Source: Carpediemonas membranifera BICM (lineage: Eukaryota > Protista > Fornicata). From it: a stretch of 64,000 nt of DNA. A program made the translations under genes and the position numbers. The DNA lies in NCBI GenBank assembly GCA_019828565.1, contig JAHDYR010000069.1, forward strand, positions 1 through 64,000. The letters are read 5' to 3'. This document shows, one piece after another, positions 33,730 through 46,400 of the stretch. Positions within the stretch are counted from its first letter, which is position 1; every line of letters starts with the position of its first letter. The notes beneath the pieces were generated by a model that saw only the letters and a program-made list of their open reading frames with translations, ran no database searches and had not been told where the DNA came from.

Positions 33730-36700
33730 CTTTTATGTACATCATCATGCCATTGCTGGCGGCTAGACTAGGCTAGCCACCCAACTCATACTCCCAAAGG
33801 GGAACACCGTCCGCAGATCTGAGGTAAGTAGAGTAATTACAGTGGAGTATGGCGGCTCCATGCCTGCCTCAAGTGCCAGCAGCTCCTTGCTGCTTTCGGC
33901 TGGACCGGGCGTCTCCTTGACGGCCTCCGGTGCGATGGTTTATGGTGTTAGAATGGGAACAGGGTGTTTGCAGTTTGTCGGGTTTGACGAGGGTGGTTGC
34001 GGATAGCCTCCCCGATGTAAGGCCGGAGAGAGTTGCCGTTAGCCCAGGTTCCGAGTTGGAGTAAGGTCTCTATCGGTGTGCCTGCTAGTGCCAGTTCGGA
34101 AGCCGCTCCCTTGCGGAAGCTGTGTAGGCCAATCCTGTTGTCGTGGAAGACTGTGCGTAGCTCCTCTCGCATTCGTCGCATTGTGCACGGGGTCTTACGG
34201 CTGACCTTCGATGAGGATGTGATCGCGCGCCAGATGCAGGCGTCCGGTGGAAGGTTCAAGCCTCGTACCCATCTCTTCAGGGCCAGCGCTGGGTTGAATG
34301 GGCCTAGTAGGGTGTTGGGTAGTGACTTAGTGACCTTTGCAAGCGTCTTTGTGCGACCAAGGAGCAGCTGGGCGTCCCCGTTTGCCTTGAACACGATGTC
34401 AGCGCTCGTCAGGTTGAAGATTTCAGCTCCGCGGCTCACGGTCAGGTAAGCAATCGCGGCGAATAGTGTCGCTTGGTACGTCGCGATGTCGCTGTTCCTG
34501 GACTTGATGGCCCTGATCATGTCCTCCCCTTGTGACTGGGGCTGACCCGCCTGTCATGCCGGTGGTGTTGGCGTTGTCTGCTATGCCTCTTCTGATTTGT
34601 GGACAGTAGGTGCTGGGGGTCCAGTCGGAAAAGAGTGGGGCGGCCTTCTCGATCCAGTATCCCTTTCGATCGACCGTGGCTGGTGCATTATACTCGGCCT
34701 CGTCCTCCAGGAAGGCTCGGTACTCATCGGTGTCGTCCTCGTGTGGGTCGCGGTACTCAAGGAATGCTGTAATCCATCCGGCTACTGAGCGCTTGGACTC
34801 GTCTCGGCGCATGTGAGACAGTATTGGGTGCTGCAGGATTCTGGAGAACGTGTCCTGAAGGCGAGAGCTATGAAGCGGATGGTCCCGTTTGGCCTGGAGA
34901 GACGGTCTAGGAGTTGTTGGTCCTCTGATGCGAAGTCGTCTTTCGGTACTGAGAAGGGAATCTTGCATGTCGCGTGCGCCTTGAGTTGTTGGAGTTCGGG
35001 GCTCGTAATGTCTGGCACGACGAGGAAGCATGCTGAGGTCCACGAGTTCGGAGGGGATGTAGTCGGGGTCGTTAAGATCGGTAGGAGGGTCTGCCATGTC
35101 CGTCCCAAGGTCATCGGGGACGGGTGTGGCGCGGCATAAACGCGGTGTCCGCGCCAGTCCCTGAACAGGCCGTCCGGCCAGTGTTCGATGGTAAACCCTG
35201 GGAGGCGTAGAGTGCGGTCTGGGTGTGCTGTAGCGTCCACGTCGACGGGGCCCCAAGTCTCGAGAATTGTCTCCAGCACGTGGGGTGGGGTGGACAACCC
35301 GCGTGACAGTCGGTCTGCGGCGAGATTGAGGTGGCCTGGGGTGTGTCGAGCGTGTATGAGGAGCTTCTTGCGTTCCATCTCCTTGTAGAGTATCCTGAGT
35401 GTCTGTAGCGCCATCGGGGGGCCTTTGAGCTGCCCTCCTTGTTGATCCAGGCGACGCACGAGCTGTTGTCTGAGAAGACCGTGAGATTGCGCTCTGAGTC
35501 CTGTGCTGGTATGATGCGTGAGCCAAAGAGGACTGCGGCGAGCTCCTTCACGTTGATAGATTGTTCCGCCAGTGCGCCCTTGAAAGAACCGTGGGAGTTC
35601 GCGGACGTGTTGGTCCACTGGGCTCCCCAGCCTGTGCCCGACGCATCTGTGGAAATAATCAGCTCTAGTTGCTGGTCCTGAGACCATAGGTTCTTCAACT
35701 CGGCGAAGGAGCGGGTTGGTCGGACGGCCAGGAGCTGCAGCCACTCCTTGAGGTCTGCTGTGTAGGGGTGGATGTCGACCCAGTTCTCCGTGGCAGAGGG
35801 GAGCGTGCGGAGCTTCAGGGTAGCCCGTCTTGCAGAGGTGGCGAAGAAGGAGAGCTTGCCTACGATCTTCGCCCAGTCTTTCGCGCGGATGCGCTTCTTG
35901 ACGAGTGCTTCTGATAGGGCCTCTGCGTACCTCTTGGCCTTGTCGGCGGGGAGACGGATGGTGTTGGACGTGGTGTTCAGGAGCAGGCCAAGGAATTCTA
36001 TGCACTGGCACGGTGTTAAGATGCACTTCTCCAGCGACGGGATGAGGCCCAGTGCCTCCATCGTCTTGATGATCTTGGGTATTTCCTTGCTGAGGTGGTC
36101 TCTGCTGTCGGCTGACAGTAAGAAGTCGTCGAGGTAGACGTTGACGATTACCTTGTGGCGGAGGGCGATGACCTTTGCTACCTGGACCATAGCGGACTGG
36201 AAGAAATAAGGCGCGGCGGTCCAACCGAAGCCTAGCGTGCGGTATTGGAACGCCCGACCGTCGGGCAGAGCGATGCCCAGGAGCGGTTTGTCCGAGTCTC
36301 TGATGGCCAGCTGTGAGTAGCCGGATCTTAGGTCTATCTTGGCCATCCAGGCCTGGCTGGAGAGTGTGTTGATGGCACGACGTATGCCGAACAGACGGAA
36401 GGAGCGGCGTTCGCGTGTGACCGTGTTCAGCCGCCTCAGGTCGTGGATCACTCTTATGTCTTCCCCCTTGGGGACAGCAAACAGCGGGGCGCTGTGCTTG
36501 AGCTGACTGAGGGGCGTCGGCTCGATGATTCCTTGTTGTGTCATTGATTCGAGCTTCGGAAGTATCCTCGGGTCGATGGTCCTCTGTGGGGCTGCCGGTG
36601 GTGGAGGCGCTGTGATCTCGACGGGGATTCCGTCTCGTACCCGCGCTACTACTGCTGGAGCTACCCTGAATTGTTCCCACACCCGCCATCGCGAACGGGT

Positions 36701-37905
36701 TGATGGGAATATTAGGAGCGGGCCCGGCGGCCGACGCTGCTGGAAAGAAAGAAGAAAGAATTTAATGTGTCCTGCTACTCGTCCTGCTGTGTAAGCTGAA
36801 TGTCACAGTTTGTGTCACCCCTTCGAGGAACGCCTAAGCGTGTTGGTACCTCTACAGAGCACACCTAACACTTCCTAAGAGGGCGTGAACAACGGCCGTC
36901 AAGGCCTAGCTGGTACGCTAGAGGGATCCTATACATGGCCACATTAATACCCCCAAAGTTAGGCTAACCCAGGTCTTACTCTTAGGGGCCCTTTGGGTCC
37001 CAGGTCTGCCTGGCACCTACAAAGCCTTGCCCTGCACGCTGCTGTCAGGGACCTTCCGTACGTTTCCCCTCTCCCCCGGGTCCCCTAGGGAGGTCCTGGG
37101 GTTTCCTCGACCCGCTCGCCATGTTTTCAGGCACCCGCCAGGGCGGGGTCGGGTCTAGAGTTCGCCGTACCAGCTGGGCCGGGTTAGGAACCCACCGACG
37201 CCGCGTAGGTAGACTTCCACGGACTTGCCGGCTGCGTTCGGGCTCATCTAGCGCTGTCCGATTTCACTCCAGGTTCCCATTATCGGGGGGGAGCTCCCAG
37301 GGGCGGTTGCCACGTCTTCCAGTGTTCCTGGCTAGGCGCCGGGCCACATCAGGATGGCCCTGCCTTCCCGGCAGGTTACCGACGGAGTGGGTAGCTTCTT
37401 GCGTCATCCAGTACCTCCGCCAGTCTGCCATGCATCATCCTCCTGGTGCGCCCCCCACTGTGTGGGGAGGGGGTACCCCTTGCGCGCCGGAGGGATGCGC
37501 CGGACTGCTTGTCCGGACGCTTGCGCCCTACTGGCCCAGCTGTTTTGCCAGGCCTTCCCTATTTCGTGCTTGTTGTATGCGGTTGTCCCTTAGTGGTCCT
37601 TTGCAGCCTTCCCTCCGCCTGGCGCTACCGGAACATGTGGTGTTGTCCTCATTGGTTCCAGGCCCGCTGCGCTTGGGGTCGGTGCTCGGGCCACCTTTCC
37701 AGGCCGCCCTGTGGGTTGGGCCTGTCCCCTCTTGGTGGTGGGGGAGTTGTTTCAAGTGTGATGCAGGCATCAGAGTGCTCCCCTTGCTGCGTGGGTTGGG
37801 TTGGGTGTGCGGCCGGGCGCTACCGGAACATGTGGGGGGAAAACACCTCCCGCCGGTTCCAGGAATGTTCCGCCCTGTGCCTTGTCTTCACCCAGGGCTT
37901 TCCTC

Positions 37906-40900
37906 CTAGGGGTCTGGGCCTGTTCTGAGGTTCATGAGGGCCTTTTTCCCGCATAATAGACCCTCCTTCACTGTTTCATCCTCCTGTTGCAGTAGCCAGT
38001 GGAGCTCCAATATGGCCCTGGAGTTATACCACTCCCCATCTGGGCCGTGCCGCAGCCTACTTGCCATGGTGTGTGTTGCCGCAGCTTCCCAGCACTGCTC
38101 CCACCCACTTGGGCGGCCGACGCCCTGGCACTCCGCTATGATGTGGCTTTGTGTTCCTAGCGGTTGGTCTTCCAGCCACCCGGCTACTGCCACTAGCGCC
38201 TGCGCCTGGGGGGGGTATAGTTGGAGGTAGTTGATCAATTCGCGTTCGGCTGCGAGTGTGCATATCGGGCATATTCTTTGGATACGGTCGCAGAGCATTT
38301 CCTGCCCAGGGTACCTCCTGCTTATGATGAGCGCGGCTCCTCGAGTTGTGTGGCTGTTGCTAGCGGAGGGGAGCGTGTTGGAGGCTGTTGCAACTACCCT
38401 CTTCAGCTCCCTCCTGAGCATCATCTCCCCTCTGATAATCTTTGGTTTCTTGGGTGCTCTCCCGCCTGCCATTGTTTGCATTGCCTCCGCAGCTAGCACT
38501 TCGGCGGCCGCCTTGGCTGTTCGGCTACCTTTGGTGGCGATGTCTCGTGCTGTCATCTTCCATCCCCCGGCTATTGCTCTGGGTCTGGGTCCGTGAAGGT
38601 CGCTAGGGGCCAGATCTAGTACGTTGTCTGCCCACTTGTTCAGCTTTCCGATAACGGACTTGGGGTTCGCTCTTCCCCAGTCGAAGTCCGCTAGGGGCGA
38701 TGGGCGGTCAGGGTCCCGGGCCGATTCGCGGATTCTAACCGCTCTTACACCCATGTCCGCTTCCCAGCACATCCATCCCATCATCAGGCGGGCGACACCC
38801 CCTCCACCGGGTCCGGTTCCCGCCATGAGTCCTCGCCAGTCGTTCCAAAGCCTTCTGCCTCCTGGGACTTGGCCCCAGATTTCGATTCCGAATTCGATCT
38901 TTGGCCATAGGAAGGTGCGGAGGATGGACTCGGAGACAGCCGCGGGCGTGGAGCCTTTAGTCCATCCCACTCTCCGGGCGAGGGCGATGTACTTGTTCGA
39001 CTGTTCTCTTTTTCTTTTGCGATGCATGCGCTGAGCGGATGAGGGAGCCACTTGCTATCCAGAGTCCCAAGTATCGGCCTGACTCCGCTGCTCGGGTGGC
39101 CTCCCCTTGAATTCGCACTTCCGCATTTGGATTGGTACTTATGACGATGTTCTTTCCTGGGCTGATACACAGCTTGTGTGCCACTATCACTTCCACCATT
39201 GCGGCGGTGAGGGACTCCGCATCATTTTCTTTCTTTGCCGAGATGCTCGTATCGTCTACGAACATTGCTATGATGCCATTCCCGGGTCTGTGGTGGGTGG
39301 GGGAAGCTTCGGGTCTGGTATCTCGCCGTACTGTATTCTGAGTGACGCCTGGCTAATCCAGTTGGCCGTAAATAGTATGAATAGGGTGGGGGCGACCACG
39401 CAACCTTGCTTGACTCCTAGGTTCGTTTCGGACCATAGGTCGGATCCCCTTACCGCAATGTAGGTCCTCTCCATTGTGCTTTGTACTGCTCTGACTAGGT
39501 GGGGGTGTACACCCATATTGATCAGCTTGCTGACTAGGATGTCCCTGGGAACCGTGTCGTACGCCTTTGCAATGTCGAGCAGCACGCTGGTCCGGTCTCC
39601 TTCTTGGTGCAGTTGGGTTAGGAGGGCGATGTGGTCTATGACTGTCTTTCCCTTCATGAAGCCGATCTGCTCTCTGGGGGTGTGCCTCTCAACTGTTGGT
39701 TTGAGCCTCCATTTGAGTACCTTCCCATATGCTCGGTAGAGGAGGGGGGTGAGTGAGATGGGTCGGTAGGATCCTGGCAGTAGCTTATCTTTCCCTATTG
39801 CAGTTTTGATCTAAAAGTGTCCACCTAATCATTGTCCCATCAAAGTTGTGGACACAAATTGCCACTCGAAATGACGATCACGCTTGAAAGACGCAACGAA
39901 CTGAGATGTCTGATGGCCGCAGGTGTACCGAAGAGCGTTCTATGCTCTCTCTATGGGCATTCTAGAACCACTCTTCGTAGAATTCAAGCGATCTACGGGG
40001 CGCCTGAGGGCAAAAGAGTGGTGGAACCGCGCAAGCTAACGAGAAACATGCGCAACTACCTTGTTGACTACGTTAGATCAAACGAAGCAGCTCAGTTGAA
40101 GGATATTCAACAAGAACTTTTCGAAAAGTTCCAGGTTAGCCTCAGCACAGGATACCTCAGCCACGTCCTTAACCACGAGGAGGGCCTTGTCCTCACCGTC
40201 GGAGAGACTCGGTGGATGGAGCATGACCCAGAAAAGGCGCTCCGCTTCCGCTCATTTATGGTTACCGAGGCGATCCCGCACTATGGGCTGGACAAGCTCT
40301 GCTTCATTGATGAGACGTCATTCGACCCTCGTGGCCTTCGTGTGAAGAGAGTCCGTGGCCCGCGGGGTCAGAGAACCATCGCGCGTCGCTCAGGTGCTGC
40401 CCTGGGTAAGCGATACTCGGTCGTAGCAGCCCTCACGACTTCGGGGATAGTTCACAGGCACATTACAAGCGGCACTTACAACGCTGACCTCTTCTGGCAG
40501 TTCATGATTGCTTTGCTACCACAGATTCCTGGATACTGCATCATCCTTGACAACGCGCGCATACACAAAGATGAGGAGCGAATCAACAACTTGTCCCGCA
40601 TTTATGATGTTCGTATTGTCTTCCTTCCTCCATACTCTCCCTTCTTGAACCCCATAGAGGTAGTATTCGGCCAAGTCAAGGCCTATGTCGCCACGCATTT
40701 TAAGGAAGAAGGCCGTTTGCCCAGTATCCTCCATGCCTTCGACCTGGTCAAGGACTCTGACATCCTCGGACTCTACGCCAAGCATGGCTATGCTTTGTAA
40801 ATGCTGTTTATTCAAGTAGCGCTTGGCTTTCGGCCACGGAAACATCAGAAGGCGACGGAGCTTCCTCAAGGCTAGCAACGAATGAGATAACGCGGGAGTA

Positions 40901-42794
40901 CACTTCTGGGCGGACGGGAATGCTGATGAAGGTCGGCTTTTGAGCCTCTCTACGGCGGGGGACGTAGTCGCTGGATGACGGTGTCGTGTGAGGGGTCATA
41001 AGACCGGCTGGTGGCGTAGCTACGGTTGCAGTTGCATTGTCGATTTCATATGCCCATGCCGCGATGAGTTTTCCAGGCAGCGAGCGCGAGAGCTCATTGT
41101 CTCGTACCAACTCCTTCATCCGGGGCGTTAACACCGCGTCAACGGCTGCTTGATCGCTGTTTACCTCCAATACGTTTTTGAATGGGCATCCATTGGCGTT
41201 ATGACCGGTAACACGGCACCTACTGCATGTTACAGTTCTCGACATCAGCTTCCCATCAAAAAGTTCTTCTCCCAATCAAACTTCTGGACACTTTTAGATC
41301 AAAACTGCAATACTTTGTGTATCGGGGAGATGGAGGCGTACTTCCACGTGGTGGGTAGTTCCCCAGACTCGTATACTTTCTGGAAGAGGCATGTGATTGC
41401 CCTGTAGGCCGCCTGGGGGAGGTCTCTCAGACATTCGCCCGTGATACCATCCGGGCCTCCTGCCGATGATTTCTTCAGGGACTTGATGGCGGCCGTGACC
41501 TCCTCCTCCGTGGGGGGTTGATCAGTTGTTTGGGCCGCCGGGATCTGGTCCCAACTAGGTGCTATGCCACTACTGACTTGGGCGTATTGCCTCTGCAGCT
41601 CCCTAGCTATCTCGTTTTCCCTTGTTAAGATCGACCTCTTTCCTCTGAGCATCGCCGGTAGCCCTGCGTGTTGTTTCTCGTTCCAGAACCTGTGGACCTG
41701 GTTTGCTATGACCTTCTTGGTGGTCTTATACCCTGCCCTTGCGCTGTTTTCCACCTGCTGCGTCCACTCCTCCTTGAAGCTTTTCCATGACTTCTGGAGC
41801 TCGTTGTTCAGGGTTCGCTTGATTTCCGCGGCCCCCGCTTTGTTCCATCGGGCTAGGATGAGTTGCTTCCATACGTTCTCCGGGATCCTTTTTGCGATCT
41901 CCCTGGTCTGACGTTCCTAGCGGAAGTTTGAAATCCCACCGATAAGAGTTCCCGTATTTGGTACTCGATTGTATCTACATGGAGCTCCACATCGGGTTGC
42001 GGCCATTCCCTTGCCCTTTCCCCGTTGCGCTCTGGGAGGACATTCCAGGTGGTTGTTCCTGGGATTTCCAGCTTGGGTTTGGCCGGTTGTTTCTTCCAAT
42101 GCGGTTCGTCCCAGGTTAGCTCCACTGCCCTATGGGGGAGCCCCAATGCCCCATCTCAGCTTTGTCAATGACTCTAGCTTTGGCCCTCGTGATCCCCCCA
42201 GATACAGCTGCATAATCCAGCGTCGAGGTGGTATTCCCACTCATGTATGTGTGAGACGAGGGGAAAACTAGGTCTAGATTGTTTCGCTGTAGTGTGGCGC
42301 TGGTGGCATGGCGCAGGCTCCGCGGGTCACGGTTCCAGTCCCCCATGATGATTATCTCGAAGCCGTGGTACTCTCTGACGATGTTTTCCAGCTGTTGGTC
42401 GAAGCGGTCTAGCTCCGCTGCGCTGCGGTCACTTGGAGGGGCGTATATGTTGATGACTGCGATAGCCCTTGAGGTTTCGAGGATGCTAACTTGAACTCGG
42501 GGGTTCGTGCCGTCAGATACTCCTACATCCCAGGTTGCCTGTGAATGTGGGCTGATCACCGTGGCTACGCCTAGGTTAATCTTGCCCTTTCGAGCCTTGA
42601 TGGGTTTGGCGTGCCCTGCACATGCGTATTGTAGGTCCGCCCAACAGGGGGACTACGGAGTTACCGTACCTGAATGTTTCCTGCAAGAGGAGGGCGTCCG
42701 GGCTCGTGTGCTTGCGAAGCGCTACCGCTATAGATCCGCTGTAGTCTTCATTGCCCGTTAAGTGTCCTTGGCTGTTAAGGGAGACTATTCGCAT
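37906..42794 (-). CDS. LINE ORF2: APE endonuclease + RT + C-terminal Cys/His motif (frameshifted, interrupted by Tc1)
   Basis: APE motifs MRIVSLN, LLQET, INIYAP, GDWN, LDY and PHRAV. RT motifs AGGPDG, PIHK(VG)..YRPISL (restored across the Tc1), LDIAKAYD, GVKQG, FVDD and YLG. C-terminal CPIC...HIIAEC. Confidence 0.88.
39871..40800 (+). CDS. DD35E transposase
   Basis: HTH-like N-terminus and FIDET ... ILDNARIH ... LPPYSPFLNPIE, with 35 residues between the second D and the E. Confidence 0.93.
   Translation: MTITLERRNELRCLMAAGVPKSVLCSLYGHSRTTLRRIQAIYGAPEGKRVVEPRKLTRNMRNYLVDYVRSNEAAQLKDIQQELFEKFQVSLSTGYLSHVLNHEEGLVLTVGETRWMEHDPEKALRFRSFMVTEAIPHYGLDKLCFIDETSFDPRGLRVKRVRGPRGQRTIARRSGAALGKRYSVVAALTTSGIVHRHITSGTYNADLFWQFMIALLPQIPGYCIILDNARIHKDEERINNLSRIYDVRIVFLPPYSPFLNPIEVVFGQVKAYVATHFKEEGRLPSILHAFDLVKDSDILGLYAKHGYAL
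40808..41245 (-). CDS. Accessory ORF in the Tc1 element with a CCHC zinc knuckle
   Basis: MSRTVTCSRCRVTGHNANGC (CX2CX4HX4C). Fills the rest of the element and converges on the transposase stop. Confidence 0.65.
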   Translation of the reverse strand: MSRTVTCSRCRVTGHNANGCPFKNVLEVNSDQAAVDAVLTPRMKELVRDNELSRSLPGKLIAAWAYEIDNATATVATPPAGLMTPHTTPSSSDYVPRRREAQKPTFISIPVRPEVYSRVISFVASLEEAPSPSDVSVAESQALLE

Positions 42795-43449
42795 TCAGGT
42801 TGTTACTGCCTTAACCTGCACTCCTTATTCTGCACTACCTGCACACTTTCATCTTGTTGTTGGGGTTTAGCATCTGCATAGTTGCCTTCCCAATGGGTGA
42901 GCGCCTATGTCGTCGTTGTTTAGCACGTTGGGTGGGCCGCTTCCCGCCCTGTGGGTTGTTGGTGGGCGGCCCGGGTAGGCGTCTTCTTTGCCCTTGATAT
43001 TTCTCCAGGACCCAGAAGCATGCGCCATTCACATGGGGTGCTTGGCCAGAACGGCTGCTTCCTCCAGAGTCCCCAGACGTGGCCCAGGTTCCCTCTTGGA
43101 GCTGACCTAGGGTGTACCACCCCTTTCACTGGCCGCGCCCTCGCGGTGCTTGTCGGGACTTTCGTGCCAGTCTCTATAGCGCTTCTGGCCTCGCACATTG
43201 GCAGCATCGTTACCTAACTACGCATAGGTGGGAGCGACTCCTTTCGGCGCCCCCTCCCAAGGCTGGAGTTCCAGCCTGCCGGACAGGCGGGTCCTCGAAG
43301 GCGTTCCAACTGCCTCTTACCCGCCCCCCGGTCCCTGCGGGGAACAGGGGTTTTAAGAAAAGAAAAGTCACCCGGGCATTGGCGCCAGTACAGCCCTTCT
43401 GGCGGGCTCCAACGCTGCGCCTATTCCGGCGCCTTCACTTCACCTAGTC

Positions 43450-46400
43450 CTACACTAACGTGCTATATATACACATCCCTTTAGACTCTGCACTCTTCCC
43501 TCCACTGCTTTGGTATGGCTCGTTACTCATGCATCTCTTGATCTGGTTCGTCGCTCTCGTGCTCCATTCCGATGCGTAGGAGCTCTTCTTCCTCGTCGCT
43601 TCCGTTGGCGGCGGCAAGCGCCTCCTCAAGCCTGGCCTCGAGGACTCTGTTTGTTTCACGGAGCCTGAGGCTGGCTCTTTGAAGGCCTCCGATTTCTCGG
43701 CGATGCGCTGGAGGCGCTGGCGCTCGCTCGCTCCTCTTGCTAGGGCTTCCCTTTCCTTGGCCAGCTGGCCTTGGAGGTGGGCAACCTCGTTGTTCAGCCG
43801 GGAGACTTCCTCTTCGTAATGGCTCATGATCCGCTGCCGCTCTTCTTCAGCTCTTCGCTCCACCTCCGCTTGGAAGAGGGCTTGGATGTAGGCACCCATC
43901 TGATCGACCGTGCCCAGTCTTGGGTTTGGGGGCCTCTTCCCTTCGGGGCCACGCCCGGCGGGGGCCGGTGCTCGAAAGCCTGGCTCAGAGGCATCGCCGG
44001 GGGTTGGCCTCTTTGTGAGGCGTGAGGATCGCCTGTCCCGGGGCCGGGTGGGGGGGTTCATTCCTCTGGGAGTGGGGTAAGCAGGGCTTACCTGGTGCGC
44101 ATTAGGGGTGATGATTGCCCTTGGGGTGGGGTGGGCGGGGGTTACCTGGCGCGGGTTGGGGGTGGGGTTTGTTTCCCCTTGGAGCCTGCTGGGGGAGGGG
44201 GTGGCGTTCACCTTCCTTTGAGATGGGTTCGGGGTGGGGACCTGTCGGTTCTCGGTGAGCGGGCCCTCAAGCAGCCCTAGGGCCGGCCACTCCATGCCTT
44301 GGTGAATCTCGTTGGTGAGCCTCTCCCGGTGCTCTTCGAGGCAGGCTCTAAGCGCGGCCCTTGCCGCGGTCACAGCCTCTTTTGCTCTCGCTGCGACCTG
44401 TGCCCGTCGTTGTTCTGGGTGTACGGGAAGTCCCACAGGCGGATGGGGGTAGTCTCATCATGGGACTGCATCCCAGGGCCAGGGTGCCGTCGTATTGGGG
44501 TTCGCCCAAGGCGCTCGGGCGGCGTCTTCCAGGCTCCCCTCCTTGTTCTACTGTGCGGATGCCCCAGTCTAGGGGAAGAACCGAGGGGAAGAAGTTGACA
44601 TAATGCCTGGGCCCTCTATCTTGGCGCCGGAGTTCCGCGCTTACGATGAGTTTCGGGACGCCCGCTGGTGCTCTATCGCCGATGTTCACCAGGCAGTGGG
44701 TGAGCCGGTGTCTCAGCTGCTGGGCTGAGCCCCCATGCATCATGTCATGCTTATGGAGCGGGACCAGCGAGGCTGCCTGGGATAGGGTCAGGAGCTCGGG
44801 GTGGAGTTTGACCGGGAGTTGCTCCATGACCCTGGGGGTCCAGGGTGGTACGGTTGCCATAGAAGTCTGGCCAGTAGCCCTTCTCCCTTGCTACGCGGCG
44901 CCTACCGTTCCACTCGGATAGGAGCTCCACGACCAGGGGTCTCGTGCTTGGGCAGGAGTCCGGGCTGAGAACGGCTACGCCCCTCCTTTCAAGGACCCTT
45001 AGGATTCCTTTTCCTGTGCTGAACTCTTGCGCGGTCGTGTTGGCCATGTGGATTTCCTTCGGACGCGGCTTGGTGGTAAAGATCACGTGCTGTAGTTGCC
45101 CCAGGGGTGTGATGACCTCTCGCCCTCTATGGCGGTTGATCTCTACAGCCAGGTCTGGGACCCCGTGTCCTACTCTAATGATGGGGCTTTTGTGCCCCCG
45201 TCACTTTCCCTCCTCGTGCGATTAGTTCCGCTCCCACATCAGCCCAGGTCCACGGGTTATACAGCATGTGGATGGCCAGGGAGAGTCTTGTGTAGAAGAG
45301 CGATACATCCGCAAGCGCACAGTGACAGTAGGCTGGTGCGTTTCTGTGATAGGGGCACAGCCCCTTGGGTTCCCTTCTCCTTTGCTGGTCGCGGGTCCAG
45401 ACCTTGGCCTGCTCGGCTGCCTTCTGGTCCTCCTGTGGGAGGGTCTCTCGGACCGGGCGGTCCTCCTGGGAGGGGGGGTAGAAGAGGGTGAGGGTGCTAT
45501 TGAGACGGGGGTACACCGCATCTAGGCCGGCTTCATCGATTAGGTGGGTGGCTACCCATGCCCTGGCCGTGGAATCCGGTACGTATTTGGCGCTCGTGAG
45601 GACACTTCGTTCAGCTTCCACCCCTTTGGCAGTCAGGTGGATGAACGCGTTATGGTGTCCTTCGAGACGCCGGAGGGCATCGATCATTTCCGCGCACCAT
45701 GTGGTGCTGTTTGGGAATGTGCTTTCGAATCCCTGGGGGCCTGCCCAGTGGTGATGTCGACGAAGGTGGCTGGGGGCAACCGTGGAGAATTCTTGAGCTC
45801 ATCAGAGCCTGGTCGAGGTCGGCCACCCGAATATCTTCGCCTAACATCCCGTGCAGACTGGCGACGATATTCCCGTTGGCGGGGTCAAAGACTATGACCG
45901 CCCCTTCGCATATGACGGCCTCATCCCCCGCCTTGGATGCGGGTTTGGACGCTTCGAAGTCAATGCATCCGATCAGCATCCTCTTGCCCTGCGGGTTGGT
46001 GAGCGGGCAGGACGGGGGGAGTCTGCTGTTGGCTGACAGTTCTCTACCCCTTGGCGGGTTGACGTCACTATCACTGCCAGGGACTCTTCTGGCCGAGTCG
46101 TCGGCGTTGGGCCGGGGGCCATCTTGGGTACCCCCGGTCTCCGAGCCCGCACTTTCGCCGCTGGGCATGGTGGCGGGGTTCCCCCCGCTAGTTGGGTTCC
46201 AACCTGCTTCGCCCCCCAATGAACGAGGGGGCGACTGGATCGCCCATGTTGGGTTGGCCAGTGGTCGGGTCGCCGCCGTTGTGCGGGGCAACGCCCAGGT
46301 TGCCCCTGGTGGGTGGGTCCGTCCTTGGGCCGCCGTTGGGCGGGCTATCACCTGCACTTGCTCTGCCATTATTCGGTGGGGGGGTGACCGGGTTGCCCTC

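Larger units (their letters stand above)
39798..41310 (+). mobile_element. IS630/Tc1-superfamily DNA transposon, 1513 bp
   Basis: 26-bp TIRs ttgcagttttgatctaaaagtgtcca / tggacacttttagatcaaaactgcaa. TA on both sides. Excision restores the LINE RT frame. Confidence 0.95.

Noticed and set aside
42800-43450. Possible TAG read-through ORF between LINE ORF1 and ORF2
   Set aside because: The translation is not protein-like and is bounded by TAA. Treated as an inter-ORF spacer or degraded sequence.
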